Shown: positions 62,701-64,000 of the stretch, piece after piece
Position numbering within the stretch: the first letter of the stretch is position 1
Layout: every line of letters begins with the position of its first letter
Origin: the human T2T-CHM13v2.0 reference genome, Homo sapiens
DNA length: 64,000 nucleotides
Assembly: GCF_009914755.1 (NCBI RefSeq)
Contig: NC_060933.1
Reading direction: 5' to 3' (one strand)
Program-made: the position numbers and the translations under genes
The notes under the pieces: generated by a model
Databases searched by the model: none
The model's input: the letters and a program-made list of their open reading frames with translations, nothing else
Told to the model about the DNA's origin: nothing

Positions 62701-64000
62701 TGTGTTATTGTTGCACTAAAGTAGAATTCTAAAGTTAACTGAAGTCACTGGAGAGGCACCCCTTGATCCCAGCAAGTCTTCAGGTATTTGTGCCATGAAC
62801 AAATCCTTTTCAGATCTTGACTTGCAAGTATGTGGCACAGTAGTGAAATTGGCACATACATTTTAAATTTCACCTTGTGAAAAAGAGAAGTTGCATCAAG
62901 TCTGTAATTCAGTGCTAATTAGTTAACCCCAGAGCACGTTTGCTTTGTCCGTTATAACTGAAGATGGATTTGCTGTTTTTTATTGCCTTCAGGTGAATTT
63001 TCTCATCACTCTTGAACTTTAGTACTTCCCATTCTTTTGGAGTAGTCCCTACTCTCTGGTGAGTGAACTTGAGGGAAACCTTGCGAGTGGAAAGGGCCTG
63101 GTGGGAAGGGGTGTGGAGGACACGTCCTGCCATCTCCATGAACAGAATCCAGACATCAGAACAAGGTGGTGAAAAATGCCTGCGCTGTTCCTTGCCTTTC
63201 GAACACCCACAGGCAGAGCAGCGTCGGAGCTGCTTGGTCACTTCAATGTGCCTGTCCTCGAATGTCCCGTCTGGCAGCCAGTGATTGAGAGAGACTGCTG
63301 AGGGCACATGCTAATTTTCCAGTCATTTGGTCAAGCCCCATCTCACACGCTACAAGACCCTGGAGCCTGTGTTTACTGAGTTAAAATCTCTGCCTGACCA
63401 TAAATTAATGAACAGTAAGTTCCCTCCCTCTCTCTTTTAGAAATGTTTATCCTGTTGCCAAGAAGGAAAGGAGAAACCTCTTTTGTGTTTATTAACCACG
63501 CTTCCATCTCTTTTTAAAAATTATCATCATGCTGTAATCAGTCTTGCTGAATTATTATATAGAAACATAGGCCACGGCTGTTTGCTTTAAGGATTTTAAT
63601 TCAGCCTCAAGTAAATTCATGCAATTTCACCTCAAGCCCCTTGAGTCGGGGTAGGAAGTACAGAGTCGCCAGCACTGTTTTACCTTACCTGTGGAGAGTT
63701 CTAGGTTTGTCACCTGAACTAGGACACAGCCTCTGAGGGTGCTTCCAGGCTTTTCAAAGACTGCTCTCAAGGCAGATTTTCCTCTTTGCGTTTACTCCAG
63801 GCTCCTGGGTCTTGGGGAGGTTGATTGATTACCTCTCCATCACGCTTCACTCAACGCTGTTGAATTGAATGCCACGTCTAATTACATGCAGGTCTCCTGC
63901 TGGCTTCTCAGGGTGTCTGACCCATGGGGTGCACTGGCAGGTCTCAGGCAGAGGAGGCGTTCAGGGTATGTCTGTTGTGTTCCCCCTGTGGAGGCGCCAG

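Larger units (their letters stand above)
60021..64000 (+). other. NTRK2: NTRK2 intron downstream of the T1 exon (full-length/T-Shc pre-mRNA)
   Basis: Repeats resume (Alu, MIR). The kinase exons of NTRK2 are known to lie downstream of the T1 exon, and none is seen here. Confidence 0.85.

Overview
This is primate (human or great-ape) genomic DNA from the NTRK2 (TrkB) locus, with the gene on the + strand. The identification rests on a splice acceptor at 54852-54853 (ttcttttag) followed by GT TTT GTT TTG TTT CAT AAG ATC CCA CTG GAT GGG TAG, which reads (G)FVLFHKIPLDG*. That is the unique C-terminal tail of the truncated isoform TrkB-T1 (exon 16 in the commonly used human TrkB numbering). Bases 1-54853 are the long intron between the transmembrane exon (upstream, outside the window) and the T1 terminal exon. 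Bases 54892 to about 60020 are the ~5.1 kb T1-specific 3'UTR, ending at a distal AATAAA (59997) with a GU-rich downstream element. The remainder is intron of the full-length and T-Shc isoforms. The intron is dense with ordinary mammalian repeats (8 Alus, L1, L2, MIR, solo LTRs, DNA-transposon MITEs, microsatellites). None of the supplied ORFs is a credible stand-alone gene, and I see no prokaryotic-type or wholly new system. The best leads concern TrkB isoform control: a stop-free, phase-symmetric 192-nt candidate cassette exon (43597-43788); an RBFOX motif abutting the likely T1 branch point; direct Alus bracketing the whole T1 exon; sense-oriented LTRs upstream of the kinase exons; a strong CTCF motif; a perfect SOXE dimer palindrome; and several 3'UTR regulatory blocks. 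Repeat subfamilies and boundaries were called by eye from remembered consensus sequences and are approximate.
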